A stretch of DNA of 64,000 nt, taken from positions 28,152 to 92,151 of IMG/VR virus record IMGVR_UViG_3300028534_000016. One strand, 5' to 3'. This document shows, one piece after another, positions 1-10,144 of the stretch; positions within the stretch are counted from its first letter, which is position 1; each line of letters begins with the position of its first letter. The stretch comes from a virus. The notes below the pieces were generated by a model. The model did no database searches. It was given only the letters and a program-made list of their open reading frames with translations, and was not told where the DNA came from. The translations under genes and the position numbers were made by a program.

Positions 1-1
1 A

Positions 2-670
2 TCTGATTTATCAGTAGGAGGAATCATATCTGGACAAATAGGTGAAACTTATAATAAGCCTACTGTTTGTTTTATTAAAGGAGAAAACGGAGAAGCTACA
101 GGTAGTGCTAGAGGAATAGTTAATAATGTTAATCTTGTAGAAGTATTTAACGATATACATAATGAAGATAACAGTATCTTTGTTAAATTCGGTGGACATA
201 AACAAGCAGCCGGTTGTTCTATCAAATACGAACATATTGACAAATTCCGTGAATTGTTTGATAAGTATGTTGAAAAACAAACTAAGAACAACCCTGTTGA
301 TAATACTCTTTATGTAGATGACTATGTAGACAGCGTAGACTTAACACCAGCATTACCATTAGAAATTAGTAGGTTAGAACCATATGGTAAAGATTGGGAT
401 TTTCCAGTATTTGTTTCAGTATTAAGAATAAAATATTATAGTATTTATTCTAATATATGCATGTTTACATTTATTACGAGAGATGGTAGAGAAATTAAAT
501 CTATGTATTTCTTTAATAAACATAGCACATATACAAAAGAAGAATTGGATAAGTATGTCAGAAATGGAGATACTGTATTAGTCGCTTACAAAGTAAGTTT
601 AAATAATTTTAATAATAAAGTTTCATTACAACTTAATATTATAGATATAAGGAGTTTAGATGGCCGGTAG
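2..670 (+). CDS. recJ: RecJ-like ssDNA exonuclease, C-terminal part (5' truncated by window edge)
   Basis: Frame 2 is open from base 2: GIISGQIGETYNKPTVCF, GSARGI, FGGHKQAAG (DHHA1 motif), LEPYGKDWDFPVF. All match RecJ C-terminal motifs. The ORF track starts it too late, at 254. Confidence 0.85.
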   Translation, partial: SDLSVGGIISGQIGETYNKPTVCFIKGENGEATGSARGIVNNVNLVEVFNDIHNEDNSIFVKFGGHKQAAGCSIKYEHIDKFRELFDKYVEKQTKNNPVDNTLYVDDYVDSVDLTPALPLEISRLEPYGKDWDFPVFVSVLRIKYYSIYSNICMFTFITRDGREIKSMYFFNKHSTYTKEELDKYVRNGDTVLVAYKVSLNNFNNKVSLQLNIIDIRSLDGR

Positions 671-1058
671 TATACCACACCTATCTGTTGAAGGATGGAT
701 AAAGAATAGTGAACAGAAGTTATTGAAACTCTTTGAGTATTTCTTAACTTCAGAATATTCACAAACAAATATATATTTTGGTAACATTGCTAGTTTAAAA
801 TACATTTTACAAAATGCTACGGAAGTACAAGAGATAAAAGAAGATATTTCTAAATCACTTTATAACATGTACGAACGTTATTTTACTAATGTTGATATCA
901 CTGTAGATATTAACGAAAATGGCAATAGTGTTGAATATTATGTTAACATTGTAGTTATAGATGAGAACGACAATACTTATCGTTTAGATAAAAGTATTAT
1001 GGTTACAGATAACAATATTAAAAATATGGACGAATTAATGTCCGGTATAAGGGAATAA
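660..1058 (+). CDS. phiKZ-like conserved virion protein, possibly gp25-like baseplate wedge/sheath initiator
   Basis: 132 aa; IPHLSVEGWI...YFLTSEYSQTN..GNIASLKY pattern recalled from phiKZ-like phages; size fits a gp25-like protein. Confidence 0.5.
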   Translation: MAGSIPHLSVEGWIKNSEQKLLKLFEYFLTSEYSQTNIYFGNIASLKYILQNATEVQEIKEDISKSLYNMYERYFTNVDITVDINENGNSVEYYVNIVVIDENDNTYRLDKSIMVTDNNIKNMDELMSGIRE

Positions 1059-1059
1059 G

Positions 1060-1620
1060 ATGAGTGCTCTTAAAGAATATTCAGAAAAATTAACAACTAT
1101 TAAAACAGAAGCCGTTAAAGAACAAATAAACGAAGTAGCTAATGAGTTACTTCTTGTTGAAAATGCTAAACTATTAGAATCAGTATTCGTAGAATACTTT
1201 CTAGACCATTTTAAAAGTGGACAAAATGATATACATAGTGCATTAACACTTAAATGGATTGAGTTAGCAGGGTCACCGTTTAATGAAGTAGATATCGTTG
1301 ACGATAATGGAAATATTATTTATAGTGTACCTCCTATTATGGCGCGTCCTAATATTGATGAAGCTGTTGAGAATATGGATTTCAATAACATTATGGCTAC
1401 TTATCAGTTAAAGAAAAATAATATAGCTGCTTTAGGTGCTAATTATATTAATACACAACTCAATAACGTAGGTAAAAATATTAAAGCTGATAATAAAAAT
1501 ATATATACCGAAAGATGGTTATCTATCTTTAATAGATATATTGAACAAGAAGAACATATTGACAGTGTTCCCAAAATAAAAATAAATACATCTTTAGATA
1601 CTATGATTGATTACGACTAA
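1060..1620 (+). CDS. conserved hypothetical protein (phiKZ-like)
   Basis: 186-aa ORF with AAGGGA SD; WIELAGSPFNEVDIVD...VPP motif. Confidence 0.65.
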   Translation: MSALKEYSEKLTTIKTEAVKEQINEVANELLLVENAKLLESVFVEYFLDHFKSGQNDIHSALTLKWIELAGSPFNEVDIVDDNGNIIYSVPPIMARPNIDEAVENMDFNNIMATYQLKKNNIAALGANYINTQLNNVGKNIKADNKNIYTERWLSIFNRYIEQEEHIDSVPKIKINTSLDTMIDYD

Positions 1621-1630
1621 TAAAGTTAAA

Positions 1631-1660
1631 TACTACTAAGAGCTATTGCTCTTAGTAGTA
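1631..1660. terminator. palindromic hairpin between convergent genes
   Basis: TACTACTAAGAGC-TATT-GCTCTTAGTAGTA, 13-bp arms. Confidence 0.75.
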
Positions 1661-1975
1661 TCATAGTTCTATTATTCCATTTAAATATTTAAGTTGGTCT
1701 TTCATATTGAACGTACCAACAGTAATATTGTAGTTTGTATTATTTATACTAATAGTTATACTAGTATGGTGTTGGTCATTAAGTTCACCTATCTCTTCTA
1801 AAAATATTGAACTCACATATCTAGATAATAGTTGTTCATAAAGCATCTTATTTAATACTTCATTATAATCATCCATCTTGCCTAAACTTATTTTATTTAT
1901 TTGTTCTTTAATAAAAGAATCTATTTTATTTACATCTTTACATATGTAATGTGTGTTATTTACCTTCTCAAACAT
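1661..1975 (-). CDS. hypothetical protein
   Basis: 104-aa ORF with AAGGA SD; last gene of the minus-strand operon. Confidence 0.7.
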   Translation of the reverse strand: MFEKVNNTHYICKDVNKIDSFIKEQINKISLGKMDDYNEVLNKMLYEQLLSRYVSSIFLEEIGELNDQHHTSITISINNTNYNITVGTFNMKDQLKYLNGIIEL

Positions 1976-1985
1976 TTCTTTCCTT

Positions 1986-3326
1986 CTATCTTCTATAATA
2001 CGGTTTCTCTACCATAATATTAACTAAAGCAGATACACTATTCATTCCTTCAGTGTATAACGTGTATAAAGACTGTACTGTTCCTTTTAATTTAACAATA
2101 CCATGTTCACCATCCTTAAAAACAAACATAACCGGCATTCCTGGATATATTAAATCAGGGTCACAAAAGTTCCATTGTATAGTATACGGCATCATAGTAT
2201 TTTTAACTATATCTGACCTATATTTAAAATGATTTGCGTCAGGACCAATATATTGTGTTGTGTTAAGTTTGTCTTTTCTATCTTTATCTAATGTAGTTTG
2301 ATTAAGAGATTCAGCATCTACATAACTACTATTATCGTTAGTGATATTATTAGAAGTTAATAATGCTTCAGGATTACTTGTTGTAAACCCTACTCCTTTA
2401 TCCATTAGTTTATTTTCAGCATCATCATAACTAGTAGTACCAACACCAGCAATAATACTCAATACATCACCATCTTGTAAGTATGTATTTTCAACATGGT
2501 TAAATTTAGCAGAACTAACTCCGTATATAATTAACTTACGTTTACTATTATCAAATATCTTACTATCGTATAGAGGATATACGTATATGTTATTTAATGT
2601 ATTATACTTATCTTGATTCCATTTCTCATGTATTTTTACATAAGTGCCTATATTTCCGTTATACACACCGTAATCATTATTCTGTAGATATGTTGGTAGT
2701 TGGAGTATATTAGTCCCTGTAGGTACCTTAATGTGATTGTAAACCTTATTGTTGTCTGGTTTAACTAAATGGTACTGTATTTTAATATTACCTAATACAC
2801 TTTTAGCAGTTCTAATGTTACTCAGCAACATACTCTTTAACATATCTTCAACAGTAACATCTCTATATATACCACTAACAAATTGTAATCGTAATGTTTC
2901 TGATATTCTATCAACACATTGACCGATAACTCTAACTTGTTCTAATTTGTTAAGTTCATCTCTACTACTTTGGTTATATCTAGTACCACTAATATTTCCG
3001 TTATTGTTTAATAAAACAAATCTATAGGTATACGTTGACTTTACTTTACCAATTATTCTAGTTATTGTAAGATTAAGATTATCTCTATATGGATAAATAT
3101 CTTTAATAAAGTCACCCATCCCCATAAGGAATGAGGCAACTATATAATCGCTGGTATTAGAGTTAAAGTCACTTAGTATCTCTATAGATTCGACTAAAGG
3201 TATGTTGATATCATACTTTTCAGTATGTAAAATTACTTTATGTTTTACATGGTTAACACCACTTTTAACATTACTTGTTATTTTAAGAATATCTTTACCT
3301 ATTGGTGTCTGTTCTATAGGTTTCAT
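1986..3326 (-). CDS. virion structural protein, phiKZ gp101-like (possible baseplate hub)
   Basis: 446 aa; C-terminal QWNFCDPDLIYPGMPV motif; position in the gp98-101-like block. Confidence 0.6.
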   Translation of the reverse strand: MKPIEQTPIGKDILKITSNVKSGVNHVKHKVILHTEKYDINIPLVESIEILSDFNSNTSDYIVASFLMGMGDFIKDIYPYRDNLNLTITRIIGKVKSTYTYRFVLLNNNGNISGTRYNQSSRDELNKLEQVRVIGQCVDRISETLRLQFVSGIYRDVTVEDMLKSMLLSNIRTAKSVLGNIKIQYHLVKPDNNKVYNHIKVPTGTNILQLPTYLQNNDYGVYNGNIGTYVKIHEKWNQDKYNTLNNIYVYPLYDSKIFDNSKRKLIIYGVSSAKFNHVENTYLQDGDVLSIIAGVGTTSYDDAENKLMDKGVGFTTSNPEALLTSNNITNDNSSYVDAESLNQTTLDKDRKDKLNTTQYIGPDANHFKYRSDIVKNTMMPYTIQWNFCDPDLIYPGMPVMFVFKDGEHGIVKLKGTVQSLYTLYTEGMNSVSALVNIMVEKPYYRR

Positions 3327-3328
3327 GT

Positions 3329-4447
3329 TTATCCTTTAAAGCAATAACCTAATAATTTATTGTTAAGGTCAATACTTTCACTTACTAGAATAAGTCTACT
3401 ATTGATATTTGTAGCTAATTCAGTAATGTTATTATTAACGATAATAGTATTATTAATAATATAAGCTAATAAGTAAACTAATGATTCTGGTTTAGCATTG
3501 TCAGTACCTTCTTCTAAGTATGTTTCTACTTCTTTTAAAAGTAGTTCTTGGTAATCATCAAGGTATTTACCAAAACTATCTGATTCAAGGACATATTTAT
3601 TCATAAGTGATTCAAATGCCTTTACCGTATCTTTTAAGTTAGTTACTTGTGCTAAGATAATCGAATTAGTTTCTTTAAATGTATTAAAGATATCTTTATT
3701 TTCTATTTCGTTACTAATAGACAATACTGCTTCTTTTAAATTAATATCGTCATTCGGTAATAATGGAGTAACTTCTTCTACATTAAGTAACTTATAAATA
3801 TCTTCTAAGTTCTCTGATTTCTCAATCATTCCTTTAGCAGTAACATAAAGTAAATCATTAGTTAAACGTTTAAAACCATCTTCTACTTTAGTAGTATCTG
3901 TTTTTAGATTTTCTAAAAGGTATCTATAATCAGTTATGAGTTTAGTAGGTGTTTTTTGTACACTAATATCACTAGCAAACAATGATCCTGTGTGGTTCTC
4001 TAATACAGAACTAATAAATTTAATTCTTAATGTGCTAATATCGTTAAACTTAGAGATATTATCTTTAAGTTGGTCAGTGACTTCTACAATTTTAAGATTA
4101 GATTTTAATGTATCGATATAATCTTTAATACCATTAACAATATCTTGTTTTTCATCTGTAATTTCATTAAGTTCATGTTTGTATCTGTTCTTAATGAATT
4201 CTTTAGCGATAACTAAAGCTTTCTCTCTTGTAAGCTCTCCGCTTAAACCTTCTATAATAGAGTTAACTTCTTTAACAGTATCTTCTTCTAATTCTTCAGT
4301 AGATTTAAGATACTCTACATAGTTCTTAAATGCTTTAATAGGGTCTTTTTTAAATTGTACCATTAAGATACTTACTGGCAATAACTCAGTAGCTTCCTCT
4401 ACTAACTCATTTAGTTCTTCACTAACGTCTTTTGTTAATCTTTTCAT
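3329..4447 (-). CDS. hypothetical helical protein, probably virion-associated
   Basis: 372-aa ORF tightly packed in the structural operon. Confidence 0.6.
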   Translation of the reverse strand: MKRLTKDVSEELNELVEEATELLPVSILMVQFKKDPIKAFKNYVEYLKSTEELEEDTVKEVNSIIEGLSGELTREKALVIAKEFIKNRYKHELNEITDEKQDIVNGIKDYIDTLKSNLKIVEVTDQLKDNISKFNDISTLRIKFISSVLENHTGSLFASDISVQKTPTKLITDYRYLLENLKTDTTKVEDGFKRLTNDLLYVTAKGMIEKSENLEDIYKLLNVEEVTPLLPNDDINLKEAVLSISNEIENKDIFNTFKETNSIILAQVTNLKDTVKAFESLMNKYVLESDSFGKYLDDYQELLLKEVETYLEEGTDNAKPESLVYLLAYIINNTIIVNNNITELATNINSRLILVSESIDLNNKLLGYCFKG

Positions 4448-5166
4448 TATTTAAATTCCTTGTTTAATTTGTTTAAGTCTTCTAAGGTAAAATTACTATT
4501 ACCGAAGTTGTTATTACCAAAACCTGGTTTAACTGCAGATTGTCTTTCTATAGTAGACATATCTATATTAGGTAAGTTAGGTTGTTGGTATCCATGTTGA
4601 TTTTGTTGCGACCTAGGAACATATTCTGTTACCTTACGATAACCATCTTCTTGCTCCTTTTCAACCGCTACTAAATCATGTACACCGAATGGATTATTGG
4701 TGATTGTTCCAGGTGTGTGCATTAGCCCAAAGTCGATAGCATAACCATTAGTAGGTTTAATAATGTCTTGTACAATAGTGTTTTTATTATAGCCAAACAT
4801 TTCACTAACAAACTTATCTATTTCATGTAACCGTTTCTCTTCATACGTAGGAGTATTTAAAGAATGTGAAACTTTATTATTTTGTATAGCAATGTACTCT
4901 TCTAATATTTTAAAGATTTCTTTACTGTCATTAGGGTTAACTATATAAATAGGATAACCATTAATATACATATCGATTATCTTATCTAAATTAAACATAG
5001 CAACAGTCATCTCTTTAAATGTTTCTTTATTAGGCTTACCTTCTGTAATATCTACAGGTAACCCATATACCTTCATTTCTTCTTCAGTATACGTAGCTAT
5101 AATAGGTACTCTAACTTTAAATAATCTATTAGGTAACTTAGTTGTTTTTTCAAAATAACTCATCAT
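4447..5166 (-). CDS. virion structural protein, phiKZ gp100-like
   Basis: 239 aa; synteny; IYIVNPNDSKEIFKILEEY pattern. Confidence 0.5.
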   Translation of the reverse strand: MMSYFEKTTKLPNRLFKVRVPIIATYTEEEMKVYGLPVDITEGKPNKETFKEMTVAMFNLDKIIDMYINGYPIYIVNPNDSKEIFKILEEYIAIQNNKVSHSLNTPTYEEKRLHEIDKFVSEMFGYNKNTIVQDIIKPTNGYAIDFGLMHTPGTITNNPFGVHDLVAVEKEQEDGYRKVTEYVPRSQQNQHGYQQPNLPNIDMSTIERQSAVKPGFGNNNFGNSNFTLEDLNKLNKEFK

Positions 5167-5200
5167 ATTATCCTTGTCATATAACTCTGATATTTAAATA

Positions 5201-6484
5201 TTATATCGGACTAAATGTGTTATTTATTTTATCTTTAATTAAAAGCATGAGTACTGGTATTAATCTAAATTGATCTAATGTAGACCAATATCGATATTGT
5301 GCTATTAGGGTATTCATAACTTCATCATCGATTACTTCATTACGTAAGTATTGTAATACTGCTTTTTCTAAAATACCACAGTTATCAACATCTTCCACGT
5401 AGAATGCAGGACTAAATATGTAATCTGTTTCATCAGCGATTATAGGGTCTTGGAAATCAGCTGGAATAGGTATATCATTCTCTTTAATATCTATACTGTA
5501 GTCAACTACATAATCTGGATTAATTTCACCTGTTATAAAATCGATACCTAACCAACCCATATGTCTCATAGTAGGATTACTCGTACTGTATGGAATATCT
5601 ACAAAATCAATATCTCTTTTAATAAAAGGTAAATCAGTTTTGTTTCTTTCTAATAATAAATCCCATATAGTTCTGTTTATATCTAATGTAATATTGAATC
5701 TATTAATAAGATTACTATTAGGGTATCCACTATAACCTACTATCTTATAAAGAAACTCCATAATATATTGGTCGAGATAGGTTACTCCTGTTATAGTAGG
5801 TAAAGAAATAACTCTTTTCTCTTTATTAAACATATTAGTAAAATAGTAATCTCTTACTGTTTCAAATACTTGTTTGTAATTAAGTTTCTCTTTGTAGTCC
5901 TGTGCTAAAATTATAGGTGAAGATTTACTTTCTACGTAATCTTTGTCATAGATGTATTCTTTCATTGTTTTAGCTAAGAGGTCTCTATAGAGTAAAGAGT
6001 CCCTGTCTAAGAAAGCAAATAGTTTAAATTCTATTTCATAAACATCATGTAGACTGTACATCTTTTTATTAACAGAAGTAACTACAAAGATAGCTTCTCT
6101 ACTTCCTGCTAATGTAGCTATAAATGGATCACCATAACTAGGTAAGAACCCAGCATTAATGGTTGCTTCACCAGTAATATTATCTGGATCATCTTGATTA
6201 ATAGCTGAACTTAAAAAGATAATAAGTTTATTTATTCTATCGTATTTAAGAGTAGTTGAAGATACATTGATATCCGGCATCAATGCTTCATCATTAATCT
6301 CTCTAATTTGTTTAAAGTAATCAACGGTCCATTTGCTACCTTCTACATATTGTATAATAGTATCTAGCTCATGGTCATCTGCAAATAGTGTTGATGTTTT
6401 AAAATCTGGTCTAGTATATAACTTTCTATCAGGGGTTATTGTATCAACATTAGTGATAGCTTCATTTGTGTCCAATATAGGCAT
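5201..6484 (-). CDS. virion structural protein, phiKZ gp99-like
   Basis: 427 aa; YVEGSKWTVDYFKQ and GFLPSYGDPFIA motifs; synteny. Confidence 0.6.
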   Translation of the reverse strand: MPILDTNEAITNVDTITPDRKLYTRPDFKTSTLFADDHELDTIIQYVEGSKWTVDYFKQIREINDEALMPDINVSSTTLKYDRINKLIIFLSSAINQDDPDNITGEATINAGFLPSYGDPFIATLAGSREAIFVVTSVNKKMYSLHDVYEIEFKLFAFLDRDSLLYRDLLAKTMKEYIYDKDYVESKSSPIILAQDYKEKLNYKQVFETVRDYYFTNMFNKEKRVISLPTITGVTYLDQYIMEFLYKIVGYSGYPNSNLINRFNITLDINRTIWDLLLERNKTDLPFIKRDIDFVDIPYSTSNPTMRHMGWLGIDFITGEINPDYVVDYSIDIKENDIPIPADFQDPIIADETDYIFSPAFYVEDVDNCGILEKAVLQYLRNEVIDDEVMNTLIAQYRYWSTLDQFRLIPVLMLLIKDKINNTFSPI

Positions 6485-6518
6485 ATTGTCTCCTTATATA
6501 ATCAATGAAAAAGAGAGC

Positions 6519-6540
6519 AGTTAGGAGAATTCTCCTAACT
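6519..6540. terminator. perfect 22-bp palindrome downstream of an internal-head gene
   Basis: AGTTAGGAGAATTCTCCTAACT. Confidence 0.65.
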
Positions 6541-6545
6541 ACTGT

Positions 6546-7847
6546 TTAGTCTCTGTTTTCTTTTAAAATTTTAATTTGTAGTTCTGCTAAATCAACATAT
6601 TTCTTCATTACGTTAATAGCATAAACTACACGTTTAATACCATATAGATCTACTAGTTTAGAATGTAGAGCGTATGAATTACGCAGACATAAAGTAACAT
6701 CTTCACGAATATCTCTATAGATTAAACCATTAATAACTCCAGCATTGTCGTCAATATTAGAATGTGTTTGGTTAAAAATCTTTTTAAGTTTACTTCCATT
6801 ATTAATGATAACATCTAAAACATCAAACATTTTTTGTTTAGAAGGATAAGCCATAAGATTCATTTGTTCTACTGCTACAGGATTAAGATATAGTGTTTTA
6901 TTAATAAACTCTCTTTTGCTTAAGCGGTCTATTACTTCTTTATCTTCTTTAAATTCAAGAACACTAAATGTAGCATTATCTAAACCAGTACTAACAAGAA
7001 TACCATATTCTAATATTTTATCTACGTCATTACTGTCTCCTAAAAATACGTTTCCTTGTAAATTAGGTTTATGTATTCTTTCTTTAGTTAACATGTCTAA
7101 AATATTCTCTGGAAATATTTGTAATCTTGTTTCTATATCATCTAATGTATCAGTAGTTTTTGCGACATATTCGATATCTTCAGTATTTTTAGCAATAGCT
7201 CCTTGTAACGGTGCAATTTGTACTGAGACTAATAAGTCTCTAATTAATTCAGGATTAATTTCTCCATTTAAATGGAACACCGTATTGATTGCCATTGTCA
7301 TGTTACTAATACTAGTGATATCTTCCTCATTTAGTTTATCAAAAGGATACGATACAAACTCTTCACCCTTTAAACTATCTTTGATAGCTTTAGCTCTTTT
7401 AACATTACTATTAAACAACATAACAAGTTTAACATAAAGTTTCTTAATAGATTTAACAATCTTCTCAATTACAGCTTTAAGTGCTTTAAAGATTTTCTCA
7501 ACATAACCTTCTACTTCTTCTTTACTAAGAACAGCATCATCTGGTAACTCGACACCAACAATGGTTAATGCTGTTTTCATTCTATCGCTATCAAGCTTAT
7601 AGAGAGCTTTTTTAACTTCTTCGTCTTCTACACTAAGTGATTCAAGATCAAGAGTTGTAGATAGCTTATTTAACGTTTTAAGACCATCTTCATAGTTTTG
7701 TAAATAAGTTTCTACAGTCTTCTCTTCTTGAGATACCTCTAAAGCGATTAATTTATATTCTGTTTCAGAAAGTAGTTCACCTTCAAATGTTTCTTCTTGA
7801 GATACTTCAGGTTCTACCATATCAAATATTTTAATTGTTTTTTCCAT
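6546..7847 (-). CDS. phiKZ internal head protein family (gp93-like paralog)
   Basis: Acidic N-terminal propeptide with S-x-E sites, followed by the basic amphipathic EGYVEKIFKALKAVIEKIVKSIKKLYVK segment typical of the family. Confidence 0.7.
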   Translation of the reverse strand: MEKTIKIFDMVEPEVSQEETFEGELLSETEYKLIALEVSQEEKTVETYLQNYEDGLKTLNKLSTTLDLESLSVEDEEVKKALYKLDSDRMKTALTIVGVELPDDAVLSKEEVEGYVEKIFKALKAVIEKIVKSIKKLYVKLVMLFNSNVKRAKAIKDSLKGEEFVSYPFDKLNEEDITSISNMTMAINTVFHLNGEINPELIRDLLVSVQIAPLQGAIAKNTEDIEYVAKTTDTLDDIETRLQIFPENILDMLTKERIHKPNLQGNVFLGDSNDVDKILEYGILVSTGLDNATFSVLEFKEDKEVIDRLSKREFINKTLYLNPVAVEQMNLMAYPSKQKMFDVLDVIINNGSKLKKIFNQTHSNIDDNAGVINGLIYRDIREDVTLCLRNSYALHSKLVDLYGIKRVVYAINVMKKYVDLAELQIKILKENRD

Positions 7848-7856
7848 TATATTTCC

Positions 7857-9383
7857 TTATTTTGGTTCTAATACACTTGTTAGTGTAACGTATTCTTGTT
7901 GAGTATAAAACTTAACCCAACTGTTGTCTGTTATTTTTAATAAGACACTTATGTCATTGTTATGTGTTGGTAATATACTACTAGGTATGTTAAAAATACC
8001 TGCGTAATATTCCACTAACGACGGAACTTCACCTATAGGATATTTGCTTTTGACATATTCATTTATCCTATTATAATCACTATACTTAAGTATGTTTAAA
8101 TCTGTTAATGCGTTTATACAAACTCTATAAAGTGATTTATTGTCTAACGGGTACTCTGACCTAAGATTTAAGTTTTCGTCCATTATAATACGGTTATTGT
8201 AATCCTTAACACCATCTTTATATAAATCAAAATAAAAGATACTGTTATACGGAATACCGACATACGGATAATCACTCTCTTTCCAAAAATCTAAAATTTC
8301 TTGTTTAAAAGTAATGTCAGGAATATCCATTATATTAAATAATGCGGTAAGGTCATTATCGTCTACTAATGTTATAATACTCATCAATCTAGCATAGTCA
8401 GGATAAGGTTTAGGTAACTTATATGTATCTTCTTTAGGTATACTTAAATAATAACTATTAGTTAATTTAAATGTATCATCATAGATACTACTATTAAGGT
8501 CCATCAATGCTTGACTTCCAGAAGTAAAGTTTCCTTTGTACTTAAAATCGTTTTTAGGTATAACTTCTCTAAATCTTTTATCTATAAGTTGGTTATAGAT
8601 AACTATAGGGTACTTAGTTAATAACTCTACAGGAGTTTCATATTCAAATACATAACTAAACTCAACAGACCACGCATTTTCTTCATCTATCTTATTTTTC
8701 TTAATATCACCAACATTACCTTCTATCCATCCCATAACACTATCTTGTTGTTCACGTATAGCCAAATCAACTTTATAACTATCACCGTCAACAGGATTAA
8801 CTGTAGTTACTCCTAAATCAAAAGTATTATTAATATAATCAGTAATCTCTACTGGGGTATCTAACTTATTATTTTTCTTAGTATTAATTTCATTTACTAA
8901 ATCAAATATGATAGTAGGTAAAACATAATGATATTCTAGATTGTGTACTATATATTGTCCATCGCTACTAGGTAGTGTTCTTAACTTATTAATAAGAGCA
9001 CTTACTTTGCTACGTGACTTATTGACATATTTAAAATTAATAGTCATTCTTCGTTTCAGATGGATAGGGATAATACTGGCATCTATTTCTTCATCGTTAT
9101 AAATAGCATTGTAGTCAGGTCTTCTTACCTGTAAGCTGATATCATAACCATCACTAGCTTCTTCGTCGTAATCAATTAGTATATGTTCTGTTCTAGGTGA
9201 ACTATAGCTCTCTATTTGACCTAACGGATTCTTGATACGGTCTACTAATTCATTTTCATCCATAGTATAATAGATGTCGTGATTCATACCTAAGAATCTT
9301 ATGATATCTTCTGTTACTTTAATAATAACAGGTCTAGTGATAGTTTCTTCGGCACTGAAGATTCCTATCTTAGTTTTCATCAT
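7857..9383 (-). CDS. virion structural protein, phiKZ gp98-like
   Basis: 508 aa; ETITRPVII N-terminus, YPIVIYNQLI motif; synteny. Confidence 0.6.
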   Translation of the reverse strand: MMKTKIGIFSAEETITRPVIIKVTEDIIRFLGMNHDIYYTMDENELVDRIKNPLGQIESYSSPRTEHILIDYDEEASDGYDISLQVRRPDYNAIYNDEEIDASIIPIHLKRRMTINFKYVNKSRSKVSALINKLRTLPSSDGQYIVHNLEYHYVLPTIIFDLVNEINTKKNNKLDTPVEITDYINNTFDLGVTTVNPVDGDSYKVDLAIREQQDSVMGWIEGNVGDIKKNKIDEENAWSVEFSYVFEYETPVELLTKYPIVIYNQLIDKRFREVIPKNDFKYKGNFTSGSQALMDLNSSIYDDTFKLTNSYYLSIPKEDTYKLPKPYPDYARLMSIITLVDDNDLTALFNIMDIPDITFKQEILDFWKESDYPYVGIPYNSIFYFDLYKDGVKDYNNRIIMDENLNLRSEYPLDNKSLYRVCINALTDLNILKYSDYNRINEYVKSKYPIGEVPSLVEYYAGIFNIPSSILPTHNNDISVLLKITDNSWVKFYTQQEYVTLTSVLEPK

Positions 9384-9392
9384 GATAGATTC

Positions 9393-9887
9393 CTAATATG
9401 GCGTTATTGTTAGTAATAGTATAAGATATCCTGTCTCTTCAATACCTAATGTATTGAATAAGAAATTAAGTTCATCAGATGGTCTTAATAGTACACTCTC
9501 ATCTCTAACTACAACTTTTTCAGTATATCTAGTTTTGATAGTATTATTGTCATTTTCAGGATCTATCAAATCAATATACATACCAAATGTTGAAGTAGGT
9601 TTAGTATTCTTAGTAAGTAGATTAAAAATATCTGTAAGAATAATTTTCTCTAACCCAGTATACTTTCTATGTGGTAATTTAACATTTTCTTGTAGCTTAC
9701 GTAAAAGAGTTTTACCATTAGTAAGACTTTTATATAACGCAGTAATTAGTTCTACCATTTCTGCTTTATCTTTTACATACTCTTGTGTTTTTAACATAGC
9801 AATAATTTCGTTAACTCTATGTGTTCTATCTTTATTATCTAAACGGTCTCTATTCTTAGCTGTTGCTACTACTGCAATATCATTCAT
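9393..9887 (-). CDS. hypothetical protein
   Basis: 164-aa ORF with AAGGA SD. Confidence 0.7.
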   Translation of the reverse strand: MNDIAVVATAKNRDRLDNKDRTHRVNEIIAMLKTQEYVKDKAEMVELITALYKSLTNGKTLLRKLQENVKLPHRKYTGLEKIILTDIFNLLTKNTKPTSTFGMYIDLIDPENDNNTIKTRYTEKVVVRDESVLLRPSDELNFLFNTLGIEETGYLILLLTITPY

Positions 9888-9948
9888 ATTGTATCCTTAT
9901 TTTGCATAATATATCCTTCTTAGGAATTTCATCAATGAAAAGAACATA

Positions 9949-9978
9949 GTAGTATAGTTGCAATTGCAACTATACTAC
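9949..9978. terminator. perfect 30-bp palindrome
   Basis: GTAGTATAGTTGCAATTGCAACTATACTAC. Confidence 0.65.
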
Positions 9979-10144
9979 AGTTATGTTATGGACTATGGTT
10001 ATCTTACTTACTAGTAGGATCACTCTCCTCAAGGACTATGTGTCTTTTTTCTGTATGTAGCAACATATCTTATATTAGTATGCGGGTGGAGATATTTTGT
10101 GCTAACATTTTTCATCTTGACATCCTTTGATTTTAGTCAATGAA

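Noticed and set aside
10031-10115. 28-codon ORF MKNVSTKYLHPHTNIRYVATYRKKTHSP behind an AAGGA (approximate coordinates)
   Set aside because: Too short, with no recognisable features or coupling to support coding
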